NCBI GenBank assembly: GCA_040377305.1
Contig: JBEIPA010000014.1
Span: forward strand, 1-64,000
Direction: 5' to 3'
DNA length: 64,000 bases
Source of the DNA: Flavobacteriales bacterium
GTDB taxonomy: Bacteria > Bacteroidota > Bacteroidia > Palsa-965
Part shown: piece by piece, positions 29,309-38,184 of the stretch
Numbering within the stretch: the first letter of the stretch is position 1
Layout of the letters: each line of letters begins with the position of its first letter
Program-made: the position numbers and the translations under genes
The notes under the pieces: model-generated
What the model was told of the DNA's origin: nothing
Seen by the model: only the letters and a program-made list of their open reading frames with translations
Databases searched by the model: none

Positions 29309-30029
29309 AACACTACTCAAATTTTTTCCGAAGTCTTCATTTCGCAAAAAAGAAATACCGTCGTTCACAATCACGATTCCCGATCCGTGTTCTGAAGACT
29401 GGAGCAAAATGCAAGTAGTTGATGATATGCATCGTCATTGCGGTGCGTGTGAGCGAACCTTGGTCGACTTCTCTGTGATGAGTGACACTGAACTTGTCAT
29501 CTTCTTCAAACACAACAAGGGCAAAGTCTGCGGACGATTCCGTAAAGACCAGACGAATCGTTCACTTACACAACTTCCTGAAAAATCTTCGAAAGCGACA
29601 TGGTGGAAAGCTGCAGCATTACTTCCACTGTCATTGTTTTCCAAAAATGCAAGCGCGCAGCAGTTGCCAGATTCATTACAGACCACGCAAACACCAATGA
29701 TGCTGCTTCCCGATTCAACGAGCAAATGCGAACCCGTTGTTGCGGATGGCAGAATCATTACTGTCACCGAACCGTGGAAATGGCACTTGGGCGAAGAAGT
29801 TTACCTGATGGGGATTCCGCCGCTACCACACACGGATTTTCGCATTGAGTGGACAGTTGATCTCTCGGTGTGCTATCCCTGGGTCGATTCTACCGCGCTC
29901 ATTCCCCACGCAGATTCAAGCGTAGGAATGAAAGCTGCTGTAGTTGCCCCGAAGAAAATTCCCAACACATCCGAAGCTTCTGGTTTTGCAGGCAACATGA
30001 AATCTTTGCTCCCGAAAAAAGAAGAATGA
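29301..30029 (+). CDS. Paralog of the preceding Cys-motif protein
   Basis: IPDPCSEDWSKM...RHCGACERTLVDF...CGRF...WWKAAALLPLSLFSKN; 8-nt overlap with the previous gene. Confidence 0.7.
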   Translation: MVRTLLKFFPKSSFRKKEIPSFTITIPDPCSEDWSKMQVVDDMHRHCGACERTLVDFSVMSDTELVIFFKHNKGKVCGRFRKDQTNRSLTQLPEKSSKATWWKAAALLPLSLFSKNASAQQLPDSLQTTQTPMMLLPDSTSKCEPVVADGRIITVTEPWKWHLGEEVYLMGIPPLPHTDFRIEWTVDLSVCYPWVDSTALIPHADSSVGMKAAVVAPKKIPNTSEASGFAGNMKSLLPKKEE

Positions 30030-30583
30030 AATTTCGATCGCTGATATTCACCACGTGTGTGTTTTCGTGTGGACATGTTTTCGCACAGGATACGCTTGCT
30101 TCGGATTCACTTGCACGAGATACCGATTTTGTAATAGAATATCCTTGGTATAGCGATTCTGTCATCTTTAGTTTCAATGACTCAGTACCACAACAAGCTA
30201 CTTACACGGTAACGGTAGCAGAACCAAACACATGTAGTGATACAACTCGTAATTCGACAAGTTATGAGAGCCCTCCACTACTTGTTGTTATAGACGAGAG
30301 TGAAGGTTCTCGAACATATCCATGGTATACTTCGTGGTACCCAACGTCGGTGAGTGCATGCATGGGTCCTGTCTATTGGCCTTATAAGAGTTGGTACACA
30401 ATCGATCTTTTCGATACTCTCCAAGTGCACACGGCTCGCAACGGATTAGCAGCAACGCAAGCAAAAGAACTTTCTACTTTTCCGCAAGCCGATAAACCCG
30501 AACCCGCTAAGCCTGCACAGGTTCCGACACAAGTTTGGTACGGAGCAGTTTTACCAAGCGAGCTTAGAATTCGAAAAGGATAA
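30026..30583 (+). CDS. Secreted hypothetical protein sharing its C-terminal motif with the 28493 ORF
   Basis: ATGA overlap; signal peptide MKFRSLIFTTCVFSCGHVFA; C-terminus WYGAVLPSELRIRKG versus WYEAILPSSLRTRRNG. Confidence 0.6.
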   Translation: MKFRSLIFTTCVFSCGHVFAQDTLASDSLARDTDFVIEYPWYSDSVIFSFNDSVPQQATYTVTVAEPNTCSDTTRNSTSYESPPLLVVIDESEGSRTYPWYTSWYPTSVSACMGPVYWPYKSWYTIDLFDTLQVHTARNGLAATQAKELSTFPQADKPEPAKPAQVPTQVWYGAVLPSELRIRKG

Positions 30584-30618
30584 TCGCTACAACTGCGTTA
30601 CCTTTGTGTGACTGCTCA

Positions 30619-30648
30619 CCGGAAACCGGGAACAGGAAACCGGGAACA
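30619..30648 (+). repeat. Single heptamer tandem arm (CCGGRAA)x4
   Basis: CCGGAAA-CCGGGAA-CAGGAAA-CCGGGAA between the -7 box (30599) and the hemW start. Confidence 0.65.
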
Positions 30649-30650
30649 CC

Positions 30651-31775
30651 TTGCACTTATACATCCACATCCCTTTCTGTAAACAAGCTTGTCACTACTG
30701 CGACTTTCACTTCTCGACTTCACTGAAGAATAAGGACGACATGGTGAATGCAATTGTGAAAGAAATCGGAATGCGGAAAGGGGAACTGCCGAATGTACCT
30801 CTCGAAACAATCTACTTCGGTGGTGGAACACCCAGTTTACTCAGCGATACTGATCTCGGAAGGATATTTGATGCGGTGAATACAAATTTTAATCCCCGCA
30901 AAAATGCGGAGATTACGCTTGAAGCAAATCCGGATGATCTGACTTCTTCGAAAATCAAACAGCTCCGGAATTCTCCTGTGAACAGATTGAGTATTGGCAT
31001 ACAATCGTTCCGCGATTCCGATCTGAAAACTATGAATCGCGTACACACAGCAGAGGAAGCTGAACGCAGTGTAAAAGGAGCACAGGATGCGGGAATCACT
31101 AACATCACTGCCGATTTAATTTACGCGTTGCCCGATCAGTCGCTGAATGACTGGAGGGAAAATATTCACAAGCTCATTGCGCTTGACATTCCGCATTTGT
31201 CCTCGTACTGTTTGACGGTTGAACCGAAAACAGCGCTTGCGAAATTTGTGCATGAGGGAAAAATAAAATCTGTTCCCGATCAAACTGCTTCTGACCATTT
31301 CAAAGTGCTCCTGGAAGAAACAGCGAAAGCCGGATTCGAACAGTACGAGATTTCCAATTTTGCAAAACCGGGTTTCATTGCAGAACATAACAGCAGCTAC
31401 TGGAAAGGCGAACCGTATCTCGGTGTCGGCCCTTCTGCACACAGCTTCAATGGCACAGCACGTCGCTGGAATGTGTCGAACAACATATCTTATCTGAAAG
31501 CCATTTACGAAAATCAACCCGCGTGGCAGGAGGAGATTCTCACGGAGAAAGAGCGTTACAATGAATTTGTCATGACGGGACTTCGCACAAAATGGGGAGT
31601 GAATGTATCTCGCGTTGAGGAACTGTACGGTAGTGATTTCAGGAAACACATACTCAGCAGTGCGGAGGAGCACATTGCAAATGGTAGGATTCACATGGAC
31701 AATGATGTGATGACTTTGACAGCAGCGGGTAAGTTTCTGGCTGATGGAATTGCGTCTGACTTGTTCTTTGTGTGA
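30651..31775 (+). CDS. hemW: Radical SAM heme chaperone HemW
   Basis: LYIHIPFCKQACHYCDF, YFGGGTPS, EANP, RLSIGIQSF, YEISNFA, HNSSYW, YLGVGPSAHS. Confidence 0.93.
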   Translation: MHLYIHIPFCKQACHYCDFHFSTSLKNKDDMVNAIVKEIGMRKGELPNVPLETIYFGGGTPSLLSDTDLGRIFDAVNTNFNPRKNAEITLEANPDDLTSSKIKQLRNSPVNRLSIGIQSFRDSDLKTMNRVHTAEEAERSVKGAQDAGITNITADLIYALPDQSLNDWRENIHKLIALDIPHLSSYCLTVEPKTALAKFVHEGKIKSVPDQTASDHFKVLLEETAKAGFEQYEISNFAKPGFIAEHNSSYWKGEPYLGVGPSAHSFNGTARRWNVSNNISYLKAIYENQPAWQEEILTEKERYNEFVMTGLRTKWGVNVSRVEELYGSDFRKHILSSAEEHIANGRIHMDNDVMTLTAAGKFLADGIASDLFFV

Positions 31776-31860
31776 AGTTTCGGGATCGTGGGCTTTATGT
31801 TGCCGCTGATTACGCCGATTTCATTACTTAAGGCACTGTTTTTGCTAATTGAGAATACCG

Positions 31861-32550
31861 ATGAAAAATTCCTTACTCCTCCTCTGCTCCATTTTAATCG
31901 TTAATCTCGTTTCTGCCGACGAATTCGAAAAGAAATACGGCAACGGAGTAGTACACATTCAGTTTGATTCGCTGTATCTGGTTGAGTTTTTCAGCGCACC
32001 GGGTGCACCAACCCCTTCGCATCATGTGAGCATTCTGCGCAACGCATGGAATATCGGAACGCATTATGTTAATTTCGATTCCATTCATTTTGCAGATACT
32101 GTCCCCGGTTGGTTTACACCTTTGTACTACATCACACGCGGTGAATACGCGAGAATCGACATCGTTGCTATCGATTCTGCCGGTGGTTATTACCGCACCA
32201 TTCTGAAAGACGACCAGGGTCGTGATGTTTGGGTGAAAAAACAAAAGCACATTACGTTTCTCACCTGGCTTGGGTTCTACAACACGGTTGCGAGCATAGA
32301 ACTCAACGACGGCGATTTAATTCTCTACGACAAACCCGATCCGAAATCAAAGCGCGTGAACTACACACCTATGATGGGCACAGATGATCGCGCTACTATG
32401 CGCGCACTCGAACTAAACGGACATTGGATGAAAGTTGAAATCCAAATTCCGCAACGCGATCCGATGATGTCGTGGAAAACCTACACGGGTTGGATCAAAT
32501 GGCGTGATGAAAAGCAGCCGTTGATTAAGTACAATCTGATGGGATGCTAG
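31861..32550 (+). CDS. Secreted hypothetical protein (possible SH3-like C-terminus)
   Basis: Signal peptide; GHWMKVE...TGWIKWRD. Confidence 0.6.
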   Translation: MKNSLLLLCSILIVNLVSADEFEKKYGNGVVHIQFDSLYLVEFFSAPGAPTPSHHVSILRNAWNIGTHYVNFDSIHFADTVPGWFTPLYYITRGEYARIDIVAIDSAGGYYRTILKDDQGRDVWVKKQKHITFLTWLGFYNTVASIELNDGDLILYDKPDPKSKRVNYTPMMGTDDRATMRALELNGHWMKVEIQIPQRDPMMSWKTYTGWIKWRDEKQPLIKYNLMGC

Positions 32551-32663
32551 TGTGCTAATGGGATAATTTGCTAATGTGACAAATTGATTCGGAGTTCACT
32601 GCCAGGTAATTTCCGGAAATATTTGTTCTAGCACATGAGCACACGAACAGATTACCACATTAT
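32550..32663. repeat. Inverted octamer-repeat arms (ATGTGCTA-like), degenerate
   Basis: GTGTGCTA-ATGGGATA-ATTTGCTA-ATGTGACA ... TAGCACAT-GAGCACAC-GAACAGAT-TACCACAT. Confidence 0.7.
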
Positions 32664-32672
32664 CTTCGAGGG

Positions 32673-33125
32673 ATGAAATCCTTCTTCGACCCCGAAGCGA
32701 AAACTGAGATACTTACCCGTCTCAATAAACTCACTCCCGAATCAAAACCGCTGTGGGGCAAAATGAACAGCGCGCAAATGATGGCACACAATGTGTCCGT
32801 AATGGAATCCGCATGTGATACCGCCCCTCCAAGAAAACAAATGTTCATCGGAAAAGTGTTCATGTTGTTCATGAAGAAGCAGTTCACGAGCGACAAACCA
32901 CACAGCAGAAACGCTCCCACGTCACCTGATTTTCTTATGGCGACAGAAAAAGATTTCGCGAAAGAGAAACATCGTCTCACGGAGATCATCACAAAATTTC
33001 ACGAGGGCGGTCCGGATAAAGTAACGAAGTATCCAAGTGTGTTCTGGGGAAAATGTACTCCGCAGGAATGGGGCATTGGAATGTATAAACACATGGATCA
33101 TCATTTTCAGCAATTCGGCATTTAA
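32673..33125 (+). CDS. DUF1569 (DinB-like) protein
   Basis: RLNKLTPESKPLWGKMNSAQMMAH; WGIGMYKHMDHHFQQFG. Confidence 0.9.
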   Translation: MKSFFDPEAKTEILTRLNKLTPESKPLWGKMNSAQMMAHNVSVMESACDTAPPRKQMFIGKVFMLFMKKQFTSDKPHSRNAPTSPDFLMATEKDFAKEKHRLTEIITKFHEGGPDKVTKYPSVFWGKCTPQEWGIGMYKHMDHHFQQFGI

Positions 33126-33189
33126 TCAAACGGGAAACGACCGGCGGGAGACGGGAGTACAGACCGTAGTTTCATTTGAACCATCCAAT

Positions 33190-33939
33190 ATGTTTGCAAC
33201 GATCAATCACAAAGGCGAAGAATACAAAGTTGATCTTGGTCAACCCATTGACATTTCCATTCCGCTCTCCGACAAAAGTGCGCGTGCATGGTATGTTGAT
33301 CCGATGAAGATTGAAGCCGTGCGCAACGGAGATTGGGTTGGAGAAGTGAAATCAGGCGGTTCTGTGAATTTCAGAAACATCTTTTTCAATCCGCACGGAC
33401 ATGGCACGCATACCGAATGTGTAGGCCACATTGCGCCGGAGATATACAGCGTGAACGAACACGTGAAGAAGTATTTCTTCATCGCGGAATTGATCACCGT
33501 ACTTCCGGAACAACGCGACAATGGAGATTTCGTGATCACCGAAAAGCAGCTGCAGAATTTACTCGAGGGAAAAAGTCCGGAAGCGGTTGTGTTGCGCACC
33601 ATCAGCAATGCAGAATCCAAACTCGTGCAGAACTGGTCGAACACGAATCCGCCTTACCTGGAAGAAGCTGCTGCGAAATTTATCGCGTCGAAGAAAATTA
33701 ATCACTTGCTCATCGACCTGCCTTCTGTCGACCGTGAAGTGGATGATGGAAAGTTGCTTGCGCATCGCGCGTTCTGGGAATATCCACACAACACACAATT
33801 CCAGAGAACGATCACAGAATTCATTTATGTTCCGAATGATGTATTTGACGGAACGTATTTGCTGAATCTGCAGTTTGCGCCGTTTGAGAATGATGCTTCT
33901 CCTTCCAGGCCGGTGTTGTTCAGAATCACGAATCTTTAA
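33190..33939 (+). CDS. Cyclase family protein (kynurenine formamidase-like)
   Basis: PIDISIPL, NPHGHGTHTECVGHI, LLIDLPSVDRE, TITE, DASPSRPV. Confidence 0.88.
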   Translation: MFATINHKGEEYKVDLGQPIDISIPLSDKSARAWYVDPMKIEAVRNGDWVGEVKSGGSVNFRNIFFNPHGHGTHTECVGHIAPEIYSVNEHVKKYFFIAELITVLPEQRDNGDFVITEKQLQNLLEGKSPEAVVLRTISNAESKLVQNWSNTNPPYLEEAAAKFIASKKINHLLIDLPSVDREVDDGKLLAHRAFWEYPHNTQFQRTITEFIYVPNDVFDGTYLLNLQFAPFENDASPSRPVLFRITNL

Positions 33940-33940
33940 A

Positions 33941-34150
33941 CACATAGAATCATAGAAACCGGGCGTGTTAAAAGGTGCATCAACAGAGTTGATGCAAAAC
34001 ATAGTTCACAGGAGAAGATCGCAAAGCGATCCGTGTATCCGTCACAATGCGCACGCGCATCGCGCATACTGCCCATTAAGACGAGAACCCTCATGTGATC
34101 TATGTACTTCTTGAGCCCCGCTAGCAAACAACGACCTATGATACTATGTG
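33941..34150. repeat. Structured palindromic intergenic element with CACATAG/CTATGTG arms
   Basis: CACATAGAATCATAG pairs with CTATGATACTATGTG (14/15); nested inverted repeat and three small hairpins inside. Confidence 0.65.
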
Positions 34151-34166
34151 GTAAACACTTTCCGGG

Positions 34167-34544
34167 ATGAATTTAGAAGAACTCCGCAACTATTGTCTGT
34201 CAAAATCTGGTGTCGAAGAAACCTTTCCCTTCGGTGAAGAAACGCCCGTTTATAAAGTCATGGGCAAAATGTTTCTCCTCACCGGCTTCGAATACAATCC
34301 TGTTCAGTTCAATGTGAAATGCGATCCGGAATTAGCCATTGAATTGCGTGAACGTTATTCCTGCGTCGAGCCGGGCTTTCACATGAGCAAGAAGCATTGG
34401 AACACCGTTACCTGTGATGGATCTGTTTCCCGAAAGTTGTTGCACGAGTGGATCGATCACTCGTATGAACTTGTTGTGAGCGGACTGAAGAAGAATGAGC
34501 AGGAGGCGCTGAAGAAGATCTCACAGAGAAAGAGCAGGAACTAA
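34167..34544 (+). CDS. MmcQ/YjbR family DNA-binding protein
   Basis: EETFPFGE...YKVMGKMF, NVKCDPE, PGFHMSKKHWNTV, IDHSYELV. Confidence 0.93.
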   Translation: MNLEELRNYCLSKSGVEETFPFGEETPVYKVMGKMFLLTGFEYNPVQFNVKCDPELAIELRERYSCVEPGFHMSKKHWNTVTCDGSVSRKLLHEWIDHSYELVVSGLKKNEQEALKKISQRKSRN

Positions 34545-34557
34545 CTACCTTTGTACC

Positions 34558-35139
34558 ATGAAACGTCTCCTGCGCTATTTCATTCAAGGTCTCGTCGTAA
34601 CCGTTCCGATCGGAATTACTGTTCTGATTATCGCCAAAATTTTCTTCTGGATAAAAGGGTGGTTTGCACAATGGGACGTAATTGTACACCCGTACGCCGA
34701 TCCATTCATAATGATGGGGATAGTGGTGTTCTGTATTGTACTTGCAGGAATTTTCGCATCGAATGTTGTCGCGAATTTCTTCATCAACGAATCGGGAAAG
34801 TTCATTGAGAAGATTCCGTTCATTCGCCACATCTATTCTCCGGTAAAAGATTTTACAAGTGCATTCATCGGAAACAAGAAGAGATTCACGCGTCCCGTTT
34901 TAGTAATCACAAACAAAGAAGCCGATATCCGCGAAATTGGTTTCATTACAGACGACGACCTTCGCGAAATTAAAATAGGTCCCGAATATGCTGCAGTGTA
35001 TATGCCGGCTTCTTACTCCATCGCAGGACGTTTGCTGATCGTTCCAAAAACCAACATCACGCCAATGGAAGCCAATGCCGGTGATGTGATGAAGTTTGTG
35101 GTGAGTGGCGGAGTTGCTGAAGTGGAAGAACATCATTAG
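34558..35139 (+). CDS. DUF502 family membrane protein
   Basis: YFIQGLVVTVPIGIT, KIPFIRHIYS, IGFIT, AVYMPASYSIAG, MKFVVSGG. Confidence 0.9.
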   Translation: MKRLLRYFIQGLVVTVPIGITVLIIAKIFFWIKGWFAQWDVIVHPYADPFIMMGIVVFCIVLAGIFASNVVANFFINESGKFIEKIPFIRHIYSPVKDFTSAFIGNKKRFTRPVLVITNKEADIREIGFITDDDLREIKIGPEYAAVYMPASYSIAGRLLIVPKTNITPMEANAGDVMKFVVSGGVAEVEEHH

Positions 35140-35144
35140 AAGAA

Positions 35145-35326
35145 GGGAGTCGGGAGATTGGAGTCGGGAGTAACGACCAGTGTGTATACATCTACTGAGG
35201 TCAGAACAAATATATTTCGAAATTGGCATGAAGTTTTCTTTAGCAGCTTGAGGTCATCCCGCAATTAAAGAAATGTGTTTGTTTAAAAACAACTTTCCAC
35301 TCCAGCCTCCCATTTCCCGACTCCCA
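35145..35326. repeat. Inverted heptamer-repeat arms (GGGAGTC / GACTCCC) around a 125-bp loop
   Basis: GGGAGTC-GGGAGAT-TGGAGTC-GGGAGT ... CACTCCA-GCCTCCC-ATTTCCC-GACTCCC. Confidence 0.8.
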
Positions 35327-35420
35327 TCTTTTTCTTACCTTACGTAGACAAACTGCGACAAATGAAATCCTGACGTTTACAGTCGGGATTCACGAATTCA
35401 CAAACTCAAAACTCAAAAGA

Positions 35421-36089
35421 ATGCGTAAAATATTCCTACTCGTGCTCGCTACGGCTGCACTTACACTTCCTGCTCTTGCTGGCGACGGCGTTAAGGTCAA
35501 AGTGGAATCGAAGAATGAAAAGATCAATGGAGGTTCCCATCCTTGTCTTGTTGTAACTATTTACGATGCAACTCCCAGCGACATCGAGAGTGAATGGAAA
35601 AGCACGATGAAAGGTTACGATGCGAAAGTGAGCGGCAAGGATGAAATTTTTGCCGACAACGCACTCATCAAAGCAATCAGTGAGAACACCTGTGATGTGT
35701 ATGCGTACACAGAAAAAATCAGCGATACAGAAACAAAATTTGTTGTCGGATTTCTTCTCGGTGAAACCTGGATCGATTCCAAAAGCACTTCCTACAATGC
35801 GGCTGAAAAAATCGTGAAAGATTTTGCCATTGAGCAATCCAAAGATGGAATTGCAGTAAAGAGAAAAGCTGCAGAGAAACTGCTCGACGATCAGAAAGAC
35901 GATCAGTCCGATCTTGAAAAGAAGAACAAAGATCTGCACGACGATATCGCAGATTATAACGAGAAGATCAAGAAGGCTGAAGCCGATATCAAATCCAACG
36001 AGGACGAGCAAACAAAAAAGAAAGCGGAGATTGATGCGCAGCAGAAGGTGGTTGATGACCTGAAATCGAGAGAAAATTCTGTCGAATGA
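35421..36089 (+). CDS. Secreted hypothetical protein with C-terminal coiled coil
   Basis: Signal peptide; long K/D/E heptad tail. Confidence 0.75.
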   Translation: MRKIFLLVLATAALTLPALAGDGVKVKVESKNEKINGGSHPCLVVTIYDATPSDIESEWKSTMKGYDAKVSGKDEIFADNALIKAISENTCDVYAYTEKISDTETKFVVGFLLGETWIDSKSTSYNAAEKIVKDFAIEQSKDGIAVKRKAAEKLLDDQKDDQSDLEKKNKDLHDDIADYNEKIKKAEADIKSNEDEQTKKKAEIDAQQKVVDDLKSRENSVE

Positions 36090-36232
36090 TAGGATGATAG
36101 AATTATCGGATGATGGGATGGAGTCACGTTTAAAGTGGCCTTAACCCTCTTTTCAATAAGAATTCAGACCAAGTGGTTTTTGTAAGTAGCTGTTTATCTG
36201 ATCATTATATCATCCAATCATCAAATGATCCT
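36086..36232. repeat. Inverted octamer-repeat arms (GATGATNG / CNATCATC)
   Basis: ATGATAG-GATGATAG-AATTATCG-GATGATGG ... CTGATCAT-TATATCAT-CCAATCAT-CAAATGAT. Confidence 0.75.
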
Positions 36233-36290
36233 ACCGAGGGCGCCTCATTTTTTGGTAACTTCGAGTCCCTAAATTTTAAGAGACTATCGA

Positions 36291-37274
36291 ATGAAGACGT
36301 TGGTTGAACAGTTTCCGTCGCAACTCAGTAAAGCGATCGAAATCGGAAGAAGTGCGAAGCTCACAGCAGCGAAAAACGAAATCAGAAATGTACTGGTTAC
36401 TGGTCTTGGTGGATCAGGTATTGGAGGCACAATCGTTTCTGAGCTTGCTTTCCCCGAGTGCCCTGTTCCTATGCAGGTAAGCAAAGGCTATTTCATTCCT
36501 GCTTACGTTAATGCGAACACGCTGGTCGTTGTTTCATCGTATTCAGGAAATACAGAAGAAACGTTGGCGTGCATGAAACAGGCATTTGAAAAAGGTGCAA
36601 CTGTTTGTGCAATCACTTCCGGAGGTGCTGTTGAAGCATTCGCAAAAGAAAATAAGCTCGACTATATTTTAATTCCGGGGGGCATGCCTCCGCGATCGTG
36701 TCTTGGTTATTCATTAACGCAGCTCGTTGCAATACTTGCACATCATCAATTGATTTCCGGTGATCACCTTGCCAATATTGAAAAAGCAAATGCACTGATT
36801 TCAAAAAATCAGGATGCTATTGCCGCACAGGGAAAATCAATTGCACAGTTTCTCCTCGGAAAAATTCCGGTGATCTACAGCACCACTCTATTCGAAGGAG
36901 TTGCCGTACGTTTTCGCCAGCAGCTGAATGAAAATTCAAAAGTGCTTTGCTGGCACCACGTAATTCCGGAGATGAACCACAATGAACTTGTAGGTTGGGC
37001 CGGCGGAACAGAAGAATATGCAGTAATTGTTTTCCGCGATTCTTCCGAGTACGAGCGCAACGCAATCCGTATTCAGCTCAACAAAGAAATTATTACACGG
37101 TATACACCGCACTATCTCGAGATACCTACCGAAGGAACTTCATATCTCGAGAAAGCAATTTATCTCGTTCACATCGGCGATTGGATTTCAGTAGAGCTTG
37201 CAGCTTTACGTGGCGTTGATCCGGTAGAGGTGAATGTGATTAATTTTCTCAAAGGAGAACTCAGTAAAAAATAA
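36291..37274 (+). CDS. Bifunctional phosphoglucose/phosphomannose isomerase
   Basis: GLGGSGIGG, SSYSGNTEET, ITSGG, MPPRS, RFRQQLNENSK, PEMNHNE, RGVDPVEV. Confidence 0.92.
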   Translation: MKTLVEQFPSQLSKAIEIGRSAKLTAAKNEIRNVLVTGLGGSGIGGTIVSELAFPECPVPMQVSKGYFIPAYVNANTLVVVSSYSGNTEETLACMKQAFEKGATVCAITSGGAVEAFAKENKLDYILIPGGMPPRSCLGYSLTQLVAILAHHQLISGDHLANIEKANALISKNQDAIAAQGKSIAQFLLGKIPVIYSTTLFEGVAVRFRQQLNENSKVLCWHHVIPEMNHNELVGWAGGTEEYAVIVFRDSSEYERNAIRIQLNKEIITRYTPHYLEIPTEGTSYLEKAIYLVHIGDWISVELAALRGVDPVEVNVINFLKGELSKK

Positions 37275-37348
37275 TACGCAATATTCAATGCGCAATGCGC
37301 AGTTCATGGAACCATTGCATATTGCGCATTGAATATTGCGTATTGAAT
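37273..37348. repeat. Inverted heptamer-repeat arms (NCGCAAT / ATTGCGN) forming a long hairpin
   Basis: AATACGCAATATTCAATGCGCAAT (37273-37296) is the exact reverse complement of 37321-37344. Confidence 0.88.
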
Positions 37349-37358
37349 CCGACTCCTC

Positions 37359-38084
37359 ATGCGTAACGTAGTATTCTCAGACTTAGGATTGATTGACTAC
37401 AAGGAAGCCTGGGATTTTCAGGAGAAACTTTTCGCGCGAATTGTTGAGCAGAAATTAGCCAATCGCGACAAACCTGAAAGCGAGCAAATCACCCCGGAAA
37501 ATTTTTTGCTCTTCTGCGCACATCCGCACGTGTACACGCTGGGAAAAACCGGTCATCAAGAAAATCTATTGGTGAATGAAGAACAGCTCAACGAAATCCA
37601 TGCTACGTTTTACAAGATCAATCGCGGTGGAGATATTACATACCACGGGCCCGGACAAATTGTGGGCTACCCGTTAATCGATCTCGATCAGTTTTTCACC
37701 GACATTCACAAGTACCTGCGCTTCCTCGAGGAAACAATCATTCGGATGCTCGCCGAATTTGGTATCAAAGGCGAACGCTATCCAGGTTATACTGGAGTTT
37801 GGATAGATGTCGACGATCCGATCAAAGCCAGAAAAATCTGCGCAATGGGCGTTCGTACAAGTCGCTGGGTAACCATGCATGGCTGGGCGTTAAATGTAAA
37901 TTCAGATCTCTCCTATTTTCGGAATATCGTGCCGTGTGGAATTGACGACAAGGCTGTGACTTCGATGGAGAAAGAACTCGGCACGAAAGTCAATGAGGAG
38001 GAAGTCAAAGAAAAGTTGAAGAAACACTTTGCTGAATTGTTCGGGTGTACGGTAGTCGGAACTGAACAGCCGGGGCTGCCTTGA
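37359..38084 (+). CDS. lipB: Lipoyl(octanoyl) transferase
   Basis: HPHVYTLGK, RGGDITYHGPGQIVGYP, KICAMG, HGWALNV, IVPCGI. Confidence 0.96.
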   Translation: MRNVVFSDLGLIDYKEAWDFQEKLFARIVEQKLANRDKPESEQITPENFLLFCAHPHVYTLGKTGHQENLLVNEEQLNEIHATFYKINRGGDITYHGPGQIVGYPLIDLDQFFTDIHKYLRFLEETIIRMLAEFGIKGERYPGYTGVWIDVDDPIKARKICAMGVRTSRWVTMHGWALNVNSDLSYFRNIVPCGIDDKAVTSMEKELGTKVNEEEVKEKLKKHFAELFGCTVVGTEQPGLP

Positions 38085-38184
38085 TTTACTCGGCCGGCTG
38101 AAGCCGCGCGGAACCAATATCTGCAATACACAGCCTATAACTTTTCATTAGAATCTGCGTTTAATAGATAGTTGTTCACCCCCT

